From positions 3,808,001 through 3,872,000 of the forward strand of contig OZ253564.1 in the NCBI GenBank assembly GCA_965262915.1: a stretch of DNA of 64,000 nucleotides. Reading direction: 5' to 3'. The position numbers and the translations under genes are program-made. The stretch's first letter is position 1, and each line of letters begins with the position of its first letter. The notes beneath the pieces are model-generated. The model saw only the letters and a list, made by a program, of their open reading frames with translations, was not told the DNA's origin and did not search any database. This stretch comes from Candidatus Spongiisociaceae bacterium (GTDB taxonomy: Bacteria > Actinomycetota > Acidimicrobiia > Spongiisociales > Spongiisociaceae). Below are positions 53,202 through 61,498 of this stretch, piece after piece.

Positions 53202-53498
53202 ATGGACGTAGAACACGAAACCGACCTGCCCGACGGAGGGACCGGAGATCTCTACTGCATCAGGGTGACACCTGCCGACGGTCCGATGGACGAGCAATTG
53301 GCCGCCGCGTTGCGCGAGTACAGGGAGGCATTCGCCAGGGATCCCGAGCGCTGGCACAACAACCCGGAAAAGAAGCGCGAGGCCCTTGAGGGTCTTGGCA
53401 GGGTGCTTGCTGATTGGGAAGCCGAGAATGGCGCGTTCACCGAGGAGGAAATGGCCCGAGCCCGCGCTCTCAAGTCCGGTGTCGACGTTCGTTGTTGA
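53202..53498 (+). CDS. Cassette antitoxin-like protein, copy 3
   Basis: MDEQLAAALRE...DPERWHNNPEKKREALEGLG...GAFTEEE. Confidence 0.82.
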   Translation: MDVEHETDLPDGGTGDLYCIRVTPADGPMDEQLAAALREYREAFARDPERWHNNPEKKREALEGLGRVLADWEAENGAFTEEEMARARALKSGVDVRC

Positions 53499-53877
53499 CG
53501 CCGGGGCCCTGATCGCGGTCGATCGCGGCAACCGGAAAGTACTTTCGATGCTCAAGACAGCGTTTCAAGACGGCGACGCGGTTCTTGTGCCCGCCGGGGT
53601 GATCGGCCAGGTGTGGAGAGACTCGAACCGCCAAGTCGTGCTGGCGAGAACCTTGAAACGATGCGATGAGGTAGCCCTTGACGGAACGATGGCGCGGGTG
53701 GCCGGTCAACTATGTGGCTGGATAGGCACGTCCGATGTGATCGACGCTTCGGTTGCGGTCGTGGCGTCGACCACGGAGGGTCCCGACAACGAGATCCTGG
53801 TTCTCACATCCGACACGGCAGACATGCGAAACCTGCTCTCGACGGTGCAGAACAAAGCCCGGATCGTCAGGGTCTGA
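53479..53877 (+). CDS. Cassette PIN toxin, copy 3 (intact)
   Basis: VVDAGALIAVDRG...SDVIDAS...LTSD. Confidence 0.82.
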   Translation: MSTFVVDAGALIAVDRGNRKVLSMLKTAFQDGDAVLVPAGVIGQVWRDSNRQVVLARTLKRCDEVALDGTMARVAGQLCGWIGTSDVIDASVAVVASTTEGPDNEILVLTSDTADMRNLLSTVQNKARIVRV

Positions 53878-54128
53878 CTACCCGACCCATCCTTGCCTGA
53901 AGCGGCTAACAACATCAACCATATCGCCGGTCGAAGAGCCTCGGGCTGTCACCGCTCCCCCGATGTGACCTATCCGCCCAGAACTCGGTCTGCTCCGACC
54001 AGAGCCCTCACAGCATCACCACCCACCCCACTGTCTTCCGCCCTCCGGGGAGGTTCGCCTAGACCCAGTATCGGGATGATTGTCAATACCGCCTTGAATA
54101 TCTCAATAGCTTATGTTAGTTTGCCGGT

Positions 54129-54413
54129 ATGGACGCCAGATCTGAAGCCGACGTGCCCGACGGAGCGACCGGAGAACTGTATTGCATCAGGGTGACACCT
54201 GGCGACGGTCAGATGGATGAACAGTTGGCCGCCGCCATGGAAGAGGTCTACAAAGCTTCCGCTCGGGACCCCAACCGTTGGCACAACAATCCGGAGAAGA
54301 AGCGTAAGGCCTTGGAGGGCCTCGGCAAGCTGCTCGCCGAATGGCAGGAGGAGAACGGCGCCTTCACCGAAGAAGAACTCGCCCGAGCCCGCGCCAGCAT
54401 GTATGGCGAATGA
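54129..54413 (+). CDS. Cassette antitoxin-like protein, copy 4
   Basis: Same core; ends SMYGE with ATGA overlap. Confidence 0.82.
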   Translation: MDARSEADVPDGATGELYCIRVTPGDGQMDEQLAAAMEEVYKASARDPNRWHNNPEKKRKALEGLGKLLAEWQEENGAFTEEELARARASMYGE

Positions 54414-54805
54414 CCATCGTTCTGGACACGGGAGCCCTGATAGCGCTCGACCGCGGTAGCCGCACCGTGTTGTCGAGGCTTCAGACCGCCTTCGACAAAG
54501 GTGACGAGGTTCAAGTTCCCGCTGGCGTGATCGGCCAGGCTTGGAGGCAACCGAACCAGCACGCCCTTCTCTCACGCGCATTGAAACGATGCGAGGAGGT
54601 TGCCCTCGACGGATCGATCGCGCGCTCCTCCGGGCACCTCTGCGGCCAGACCGGTACATCGGATGTGATCGACGCCTCCGTTGCCGTAGCCGTAGCGGAC
54701 TCGAACCGTCGCGACAGCAAGGTCACCCTCCTCACGTCCGACCCGGGGGACATGAGAAACCTGCTTTCGGCACTTCGAAGCGATGCCCGGATCGTCAAGG
54801 TTTGA
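54410..54805 (+). CDS. Cassette PIN toxin, copy 4 (intact)
   Basis: MTIVLDTGALIALDRG...SDVIDAS...LTSDPGD. Confidence 0.82.
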   Translation: MTIVLDTGALIALDRGSRTVLSRLQTAFDKGDEVQVPAGVIGQAWRQPNQHALLSRALKRCEEVALDGSIARSSGHLCGQTGTSDVIDASVAVAVADSNRRDSKVTLLTSDPGDMRNLLSALRSDARIVKV

Positions 54806-54876
54806 ATCGTTCGGGCCTGGCCGATGGATCAGAGGAGATCGTTCGCGATGACAGGAAGACTTCTGCAGATGCCGCT

Positions 54877-55480
54877 CTACCGAGGACACGCCTCTCTCGG
54901 GAGACTCCTACTTTCTAATAGTCGTCGCCGGCGGCGGTTGACCCTGATCTCAGAACCCAGGCGGAAGCTGACGCGCTGCAGATTCCCCTGGAACGGGAAG
55001 GGAGCTTCGTAGCGGGTGCTGATGGGACCGTAGGCGTCGCGGCCCAGGTCCATACCGGCCAGCGAGATCCACACGAGCACCCGGTCGAAGTCGAACCATT
55101 CACCTCGGTTGCCACCGGCGGTGAGGCGACCCCTCCCGGCCCGATCGCCGAGCAGCTCGAAGTCGAAATGCACCGCCAGCGGATCGCGGTCCGACAATTC
55201 GATGCTGTGGGCCATGACGGGTCCTGCCGCGTTGTACTCGTAGTGGAGGCGCCCGTCCTGCATGTACAACACGAAACCGGATGTGGGGTGGCCGTAGGCA
55301 ACGACCACACCTTCCATCGGGGAGGAGGCCACTACGATGCTCCCTTCGCCTTCACTGGCCATATATATAAGGTGTCGGTCACCGTCGGCGAACAAGGCAC
55401 CCTGGACAAAGCCAAGATCCTCGAAGCCGCCCTCGCCGAGCAGTGAGGGAGCCAGAAACCGGACCTTCGGCAGACTTATC
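54877..55480 (-). pseudogene. Orphan C-terminal domain of an arylsulfatase-like protein
   Basis: EGVVVAYG...GFVLY..DGRLHYEYN, GMDLGRD...PIS..YEAPFPFQG; catalytic domain absent. Confidence 0.6.
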
Positions 55481-55559
55481 TTCCAAGATGCGGACATCCC
55501 ACCCGCATCGGCTTCACGGCACCCTTGAGCATGGCGGGATGATGGTGTACGTTGATCGT

Positions 55560-55823
55560 ATGGCTTACGACGAGCTTTGCGTGATGCACACAACGTTCGA
55601 TGACCGACTGATGGAGGAACAACTGGCGGCCGCGTTGCGGGAGTCGAGGGAAGTATTCGCCAAGGACCCGGAGGGCTGGCACAACAACCCGGCCAAGAAG
55701 CGAGAGGCTCTCGAGGGTCTTGGCAGGGTGCTGGCGGAATGGCAGGAAGAGAACGGCGCGTTCACCGAAGAAGAACTCGCCCGTGCCCGCGCTCGCGTAT
55801 CCGGTGTTGACGTTCGTTCTTGA
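55560..55823 (+). CDS. Cassette antitoxin-like protein, copy 5
   Basis: TTGAGC-N17-TACGTT-N6-ATG; EQLAAALRE...WHNNPAKKREALEGLG. Confidence 0.8.
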   Translation: MAYDELCVMHTTFDDRLMEEQLAAALRESREVFAKDPEGWHNNPAKKREALEGLGRVLAEWQEENGAFTEEELARARARVSGVDVRS

Positions 55824-56090
55824 CGCCGGGGCACTGATCGCCGTCGACCGCGGAGACCGAGAAGTGCTGTCGATGCTGCAGACCGCGTTCGAGCACGGCT
55901 ACTCGGTTCGAGTTCCCGCCAGCGTGGTCGGCCAGGTCTGGAGGAATCCGAATCGCTAGGTCGTGCTGGCTCGGACGTTGAAACGGTGCAACGAGGTGGT
56001 ACTTCTCACATCGGACGCGTCAGACATAGGAACCTTGCTCTCGGAGGTGCGGACCAAAGCCCGGATCGTCAACATGCGACTGCGTGACCC
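55804..56090 (+). pseudogene. Cassette PIN toxin copy 5, inactivated
   Basis: Premature TAG at 55957-59 (Gln codon in paralogs) and internal deletion joining RCNEV to VLLTSD. Confidence 0.82.
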
Positions 56091-56110
56091 CCGATGGGCT
56101 GCCTGATTGG

Positions 56111-56946
56111 CTAGGGCGTGTTCACCTAAAGTTACACTGATGTGATATCATTACGATATGACAATAACACAAGAACAATACCAACTCATAGTAGACGTGT
56201 TCCCGAAACCCCGCGGTACCGTCAAGGTATCCAACCTCCAAGCCCTCAACGGCATCCTGTACGTACTGGAGCACGGCTGCAAGTGGCGGGCGCTTCCCGA
56301 ACGGTTCGGGAACTGGCACACCGTTTACATGCGGATGAGCCGCTGGGCGGCCAGCGGCGTCTTGGACCGGGTGTTCCAGCGTCTACAGCAGGAACAGCTC
56401 ATCGACCTCGAAGTTCTGGGCCTGGACAGCACGTCGGTCAAGGTTCATCCCGACGGCTGTGGTGCTCTCCGAAAGCGGGGTCCCCAGGCCATCGGTCGCT
56501 CCCGGGGAGGGTTGAACACCAAGATCCACATGGTCGCGGCCAGCGCTTGTAGCGCCGTCTTATTCGCTCTTTCCCCAGGTCAGGACCATGATGCTCCCCA
56601 TGGGCGGGAGCTCCTCAAAAAGATGGGCCCACGAAAAAAGGAGCAGGAAGGGGAGCAGCTAGAGCTGTTCCTGGTAGCGGACCGCGCCTATGAAGGGGAC
56701 GAAACACGGCAACTGGCCGTCGCTCTGGGCTACACGCCGGTCATCCCACCCCGAAGCAACCGCCGCCACCCGTGGGACTACAACCGTCCGATATACAAGC
56801 GACGGAACGAGGTCGAACGGCTCTTCCGACGGCTCAAAGGCTACCGGCGTGTCTTCACCCGCTACGACAAACTCGACGTGATGTTCCTAGCATTCATCAC
56901 CCTCGCGCTCATACACGACACGCTCAGAAACGTGAACACGCCCTAG
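56111..56946 (+). mobile_element. IS5-family element, copy 2
   Basis: Same TIR and CTAG duplication; protein identical to copy 1. Confidence 0.95.
56158..56946 (+). CDS. IS5-family transposase
   Basis: Identical 262-aa translation to 41529-42317. Confidence 0.95.
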   Translation: MTITQEQYQLIVDVFPKPRGTVKVSNLQALNGILYVLEHGCKWRALPERFGNWHTVYMRMSRWAASGVLDRVFQRLQQEQLIDLEVLGLDSTSVKVHPDGCGALRKRGPQAIGRSRGGLNTKIHMVAASACSAVLFALSPGQDHDAPHGRELLKKMGPRKKEQEGEQLELFLVADRAYEGDETRQLAVALGYTPVIPPRSNRRHPWDYNRPIYKRRNEVERLFRRLKGYRRVFTRYDKLDVMFLAFITLALIHDTLRNVNTP

Positions 56947-56983
56947 CCAACACACCTATCAGCGATCACACCCCCCTGATCGG

Positions 56984-57020
56984 CGGGGCCTTCACCGAAG
57001 AGGAACTAGCAACCGCCCGG
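56984..57020 (+). repeat. Cassette antitoxin micro-fragment
   Basis: GGGGCCTTCACCGAAGAGGAACT = GAFTEEELATAR. Confidence 0.7.
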
Positions 57021-57095
57021 GATAGGCCGGGAACCGGCAGTCGGTGCACGTTGACCGCAAGCACCTCTCGACTTGGGGTTTGGTTACCCGATCCA

Positions 57096-57213
57096 CTAGT
57101 AGGGTGCCCAAGAACCCCGTGCAAAGGGGTTCGCCCGCTAGCCCACAACGCTCAGACCAGGTAGGTTGCCGACCAGCGAACCCCGCAAGATTCTTTTTTC
57201 AGCACCCTACTAA
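57096..57213. mobile_element. MITE-like / structured element type B, copy 2
   Basis: TAGTAGGGTGC...GCACCCTACTA TIR; internal GGGGTTCGC...GCGAACCCC. Confidence 0.7.
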
Positions 57214-57244
57214 ACCGGTGCCGAGCTCTTACCCGAAGGTTTGA

Positions 57245-58561
57245 ATGCCCACTGTTTCCCCATCTGATGTTGCCGGGCCCGCCCGGCGGTTCCTCGGCTG
57301 GCGGATCGCCGGGCTGGCCACCATCACCGGTGCCATGACCGGCCCCGGCCAGACCATCGGTGTGTCTATCTCGATCGACCCGTTGATAGCCGTCCTGGGA
57401 CTCAGCCGACCCCAGGTAGCGGCGGCCTACCTCATCGGCACGCTCGCCGGCGCCGCTGCCCTTCTACCTGTCGGCGGTTGGATCGACCGCGTCGGCGCCC
57501 GCCATGCCATGAGATGTATCGGGGTGGCTTTCGGTATCGGCCTGCTCGTCATGGCGGGCGTCCAAGGCTTCGTCACCCTGGCGATCGGATTCACCCTCAT
57601 CCGTTGGCTCGGCCAGGGTTCACTATCACTGGTCAGCCGGGTAGCCGTGATTCACTGGTTCGAACGCCGGCGCGGTCTGGTGTTCGGGGTGACGACCACC
57701 GCCGTCAGCGCCCTGATGAGTCTCACTCCACTGATCCTGGGACTGGCCGTTGTGGCCTACGGCTTGCGCACCGCGTGGCTGCTCGCCGCAGCCGCCGTCT
57801 GGCTCGTCGTCGTGCCGATCGGGCATTTCGGCATCGTCGACCGCCCCTCCGATGTCGGTCAGCGACCTGACGGCGACGACCGCGCAGCCTCTGTCGCCTT
57901 TGCAGGCCCCGCAACCGTCGGCACCTCCTCCACACGGGGCCAAGCCATCACGCAACGCAGGTTCGTTCTGATGTCCTGCGTCGTCGCCACCACCGCCATG
58001 GTTGTCACCGGACTCAACTTCCACCAGATCTCGATCCTGGGTGGAGCCGGCCTGTCAGCAACTGAAGCCGCGGCTATGTTCGTGCCCCAGGTCTTCGGTA
58101 CCATCGCTGTCGGGCTTGCTGTAGGGGCTCTCGCCGATCGACTCCCTGCTCGGTTCCTGCTGGCGGCCTCGATGGTTCTTCTGATCTGTGCCCTGGCGAT
58201 GGTCGGGAGCCTCGAGCCGGGCTGGCAGGTATTCGTCTACGCAGCCCTCCTCGGCGCTGCCGGCGGAGCGCAATTCCCGCTGATCCCGACCATATTGCCC
58301 CGCTGGTTCGGCCTTGAGAACATCGGCGGTATTCAGGGCTTCTCCACGCTGATCATGGTCGGAGCGTCAGCCGCCGGACCGGTGACCCTGGCGGTGCTCG
58401 CCGAGAGCAGCGGGGGGTACTCGGCGGCAGCGTGGTGGCTTACCTCCATCCCGCTGGCCACAGGCTTGGGTGCTCTATGGATCACCGAGCCGGATCGCGA
58501 GTCACCCTCCCGTGTCGTTCACCCAGAACCCACCGACGGAGTTAGGTCAGAGCCCTCCTGA
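57245..58561 (+). CDS. MFS transporter
   Basis: About 12 hydrophobic segments, GWIDRVGAR, WFERRRG, GALADRLP. Confidence 0.9.
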   Translation: MPTVSPSDVAGPARRFLGWRIAGLATITGAMTGPGQTIGVSISIDPLIAVLGLSRPQVAAAYLIGTLAGAAALLPVGGWIDRVGARHAMRCIGVAFGIGLLVMAGVQGFVTLAIGFTLIRWLGQGSLSLVSRVAVIHWFERRRGLVFGVTTTAVSALMSLTPLILGLAVVAYGLRTAWLLAAAAVWLVVVPIGHFGIVDRPSDVGQRPDGDDRAASVAFAGPATVGTSSTRGQAITQRRFVLMSCVVATTAMVVTGLNFHQISILGGAGLSATEAAAMFVPQVFGTIAVGLAVGALADRLPARFLLAASMVLLICALAMVGSLEPGWQVFVYAALLGAAGGAQFPLIPTILPRWFGLENIGGIQGFSTLIMVGASAAGPVTLAVLAESSGGYSAAAWWLTSIPLATGLGALWITEPDRESPSRVVHPEPTDGVRSEPS

Positions 58562-58676
58562 GCAGGTGAGTGGATCAGGTTGCTTCGGTGGCATGGACAC
58601 CAGACGTGAATCCGATGTGTCCGACGGGAAGACGGACGCTCGGGGTTGGGGACCAGAGCCCGGATCGTCAAGGTCC
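58505..58676 (+). repeat. Collapsed cassette remnant overlapping the MFS 3' end
   Basis: CCCTCC.G.GTCGT.CACCCAGA matches the 53113 region; decayed promoter, ATG 58593 MDTRRESDVSDG, then toxin end GCCCGGATCGTCAAGGT. Confidence 0.7.
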
Positions 58677-58773
58677 CAACGGATCAGGCTCACAGGTCCA
58701 GTGGGGCTACTGTTAGCTTGATCGGGGATCTGTCCCCGGGTATCGAGTGACGGACGGTTGACAGGAGGCCGGT

Positions 58774-59946
58774 ATGGGTAACGGTTTGGCGACAGCGGCA
58801 GACGCTGTTCTCGATGGTGTGGTATCCGGTAGTCCGAGGGTGCCGGGCGTGGTCGCGTTGGCGACCAACCGTGAGGGCAACATCTATGAGGGAGCCGCGG
58901 GTCTGCGGTCGCTGGGCAACGGTCAGGCGATGACCACCGACACCGTATGCGCGATCTTCTCGACCACCAAGGCCCTTGCGGGTACCGCCTGCCTGCAGTT
59001 GGTGGAGGACGGCAGGCTCGACCTGGACGCGCCGGCCAAGAATTACGCACCCGACATCGGCGGAATACAGGTTCTGGACGGGTTCGACGCCGACGGCGAT
59101 CCCATCCTCCGTCCACCGAAACGGGACGTGACAACGAGGATGCTGCTCCTGCACACCGCGGGCTTCGGGTATGACTTCTTCAACGAGCAGTACAACCGTC
59201 TGGCGGAGGAGCACGGCCAACCCAGCATCGTCACCTCTTCTCGGGCCTCGCTCATGACTCCTCTTCTGTTCGATCCGGGCGACGAGTGGGAGTACGGCTC
59301 GAACATCGACTGGGCCGGCCAGGTGATCGAAGGGATCGCCGGGAAGCGCCTCGGCGAGGTCATGCACGAACGGATCCTCGAGCCTCTCGGTATGGATTCC
59401 ACGTCCTTCACCCTGGACGGGGACATGCGAAACCGCATGGCGGTGATACATCAGCGTGAGGACGACGGGTCGCTGGACCCTCTGGACTTCGAGCTGCCGG
59501 ATCCTGAAGTGCACATGGGGGGTCACGGCCTTTATTCGACCGTGGAGGACTACTGCAAGTTCATCCGGATGTGGTTGAACGACGGCATGGGTCCGGACGG
59601 ACAGGTGCTCGACAGCCAAACCGTGGAGAAGGCGGAGCAGAACGGGTTGGGCGAGATGAAGATCAAAGGTCTTCCCGGCGTCATACCGACATTGTCCAAC
59701 TATGCCGAGTTCTTCCCGGGCATGCCCAAGTCCTGGGCGTTGACCTTCATGATCAACGATGAGGAGGCTCCCACCGGCCGCCCGGCGGGATCGCTGGCCT
59801 GGGCCGGGTTGGCCAACCTCTACTACTGGATCGACCGGAGTAACGGAGTCGGAGGCTTCTGGGCTACCCAGATATTCCCGTTCGCCGATCCTACGTCGGT
59901 AGTCGGCTATCTCGACTTCGAGACAGCGATCTACAAGAACCTATAG
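58774..59946 (+). CDS. Beta-lactamase-family serine hydrolase / esterase
   Basis: FSTTK (SxxK), LLLHTAG, WEYG, WAGLAN. Confidence 0.92.
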   Translation: MGNGLATAADAVLDGVVSGSPRVPGVVALATNREGNIYEGAAGLRSLGNGQAMTTDTVCAIFSTTKALAGTACLQLVEDGRLDLDAPAKNYAPDIGGIQVLDGFDADGDPILRPPKRDVTTRMLLLHTAGFGYDFFNEQYNRLAEEHGQPSIVTSSRASLMTPLLFDPGDEWEYGSNIDWAGQVIEGIAGKRLGEVMHERILEPLGMDSTSFTLDGDMRNRMAVIHQREDDGSLDPLDFELPDPEVHMGGHGLYSTVEDYCKFIRMWLNDGMGPDGQVLDSQTVEKAEQNGLGEMKIKGLPGVIPTLSNYAEFFPGMPKSWALTFMINDEEAPTGRPAGSLAWAGLANLYYWIDRSNGVGGFWATQIFPFADPTSVVGYLDFETAIYKNL

Positions 59947-60268
59947 TTCTATCCCTTCTGGAGGTTATTGCCGCTTGACCTGAGGGCCTGCCCGGCTTGT
60001 AATCGCGGATGAACCCAGAGTCCACCGCTCAGAAGGGCAGGCCCTGGCTTCAGCGGCGATTTGCCCATGCCGTGTGGTTGCCGGGCGTGATCCCCGGATG
60101 CGTCCATATCCGGATGCGTCCATATATGGAGGAGATCTTGGAATGATCCTGTTCGACAACTGCCGGTTTCTGAACGCGACGCCGGACTTCAGGAACGGTG
60201 TGCGGTCGAACCGGAACATCCGTTGTGATCGACGGGACGACCGATCGCCCTCGCTGCCGGGACCGGAA

Positions 60269-61498
60269 TCAGCAAACTGCGGGCGCTGGAACCAACTCAC
60301 CTCTGAGCGCATCGTCCGCCGCGGCGTGGAGGCCGCGAACTGCTCGTTCTATGGTGCCGGCGCTGCCGCCGAACGGTAGGCGCAGGTAGCCGCCCCTCTG
60401 CATTTCGCCTCCGGCGAAGGACCTACCCGGAACTGTCGGCACGCCGTATCGCGCCAGGAGATGCCCACAGAACTCATCTTCCCCTACTCCGAGTCGGCTG
60501 AAGTTCAGGTAGTAGAAGGTCGCTCCCTGAGGGACGACCGCCGATATCAGGTCCGATTCCTGCAGGCGCCGCTGGATGAGATCACGGTTGTCGAGGAGTC
60601 CCTTCATACCCTTCTCGATCCAGTCCTGGGGACCGACCAGCGCCGCCCAGGCCATGGCTTGGGAAGCGGGATTGCCCGTCAGGGTCGCCCACTCGAAGAC
60701 CTTGGCCACGGGACCGACGAGTTCCTGGCAGCCGGCCGCGTAACCGATGCGCCCGGCGCGCAGCCCGTAGCACTTGGTGAAGCTGTGAATGGTCAGGGTG
60801 CGCCGATCCATTCCGGGGAGGGATGCGATGCTGGTATGCACGTTGCCGTCGTAGACGAACCGCTCGTACGCCTCGTCGGAAATGACGAGGAGATCGTGGG
60901 ACTCGGCCAGCCTCGCAATGTCCTGTAGTTCCTCCAGGGTGAAGACGACACCGGTCGGGTTGACCGGATTGATGAACAGAAGGGCTTTGGTGCGTTCGGT
61001 GATCGCCGCTCTGAGCCGATCGATATCGAGGCGGTAGCCGTCTTGCTCCCTGCAGAGCACGACACGGGGCTCGCCTCCATAGAAACCGATGAGGTAGTGG
61101 ACGAAGAAACCCGGTCCCAGCATCAGGACCTGGTCGCCCGGCTGGAGGTAGGCCTGCAAGGTGCAGGCCACTGCCTGCATGGCCCCGTTGGTGACGACGA
61201 CACCGGATTCGGGATCGACCGAGACATCGTTGTCACGCAACAGCTTCTCCGAGATGGCCTCGCGGAGTCGAGCCTCACCTCGCGAGTGGGGCCGTCTATC
61301 GGCTGCCAGGGCGGCCTGCCCTGCCTCCACGACGTGGGGGGGCAGCGGATCGGTGATACCTCCGGCGAGGCTGATCACGTCGGCGCCCCGTCTCTTGGCG
61401 ACTGCGGCTATGTCCTGTGCCCATATCGTGCTGGGCACCCTCGGCGTCGAACTGACAGCAGTCGAAGTCCAGCCGGATTCCGGCGCTGCGCTAGGCAT
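60269..61498 (-). CDS. PLP-dependent aminotransferase class I/II
   Basis: NPVNPTG, ISDEAY, SFTKCYGLRAGRIG. Confidence 0.9.
   Translation of the reverse strand: MPSAAPESGWTSTAVSSTPRVPSTIWAQDIAAVAKRRGADVISLAGGITDPLPPHVVEAGQAALAADRRPHSRGEARLREAISEKLLRDNDVSVDPESGVVVTNGAMQAVACTLQAYLQPGDQVLMLGPGFFVHYLIGFYGGEPRVVLCREQDGYRLDIDRLRAAITERTKALLFINPVNPTGVVFTLEELQDIARLAESHDLLVISDEAYERFVYDGNVHTSIASLPGMDRRTLTIHSFTKCYGLRAGRIGYAAGCQELVGPVAKVFEWATLTGNPASQAMAWAALVGPQDWIEKGMKGLLDNRDLIQRRLQESDLISAVVPQGATFYYLNFSRLGVGEDEFCGHLLARYGVPTVPGRSFAGGEMQRGGYLRLPFGGSAGTIERAVRGLHAAADDALRGELVPAPAVC

Larger units (their letters stand above)
52950..54805 (+). repeat. Tandem duplication of the cassette, 927-bp period
   Basis: ATGs at 53202 and 54129; about 250 bp of upstream non-coding DNA also align; TTGAAT-N17-TAGTTT-N6-ATG in both. 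Confidence 0.85.

Noticed and set aside
41529-56946. Composite transposon or inversion bounded by the two inverted IS5 copies
   Set aside because: Each copy has its own CTAG duplication and the flanks of copy 1 rejoin into one ORF, so they are independent insertions.
32961-58676. Integron or diversity-generating retroelement as the source of the cassette copies
   Set aside because: No integrase, attC-like sites, reverse transcriptase or adenine-specific variation were seen in this window.
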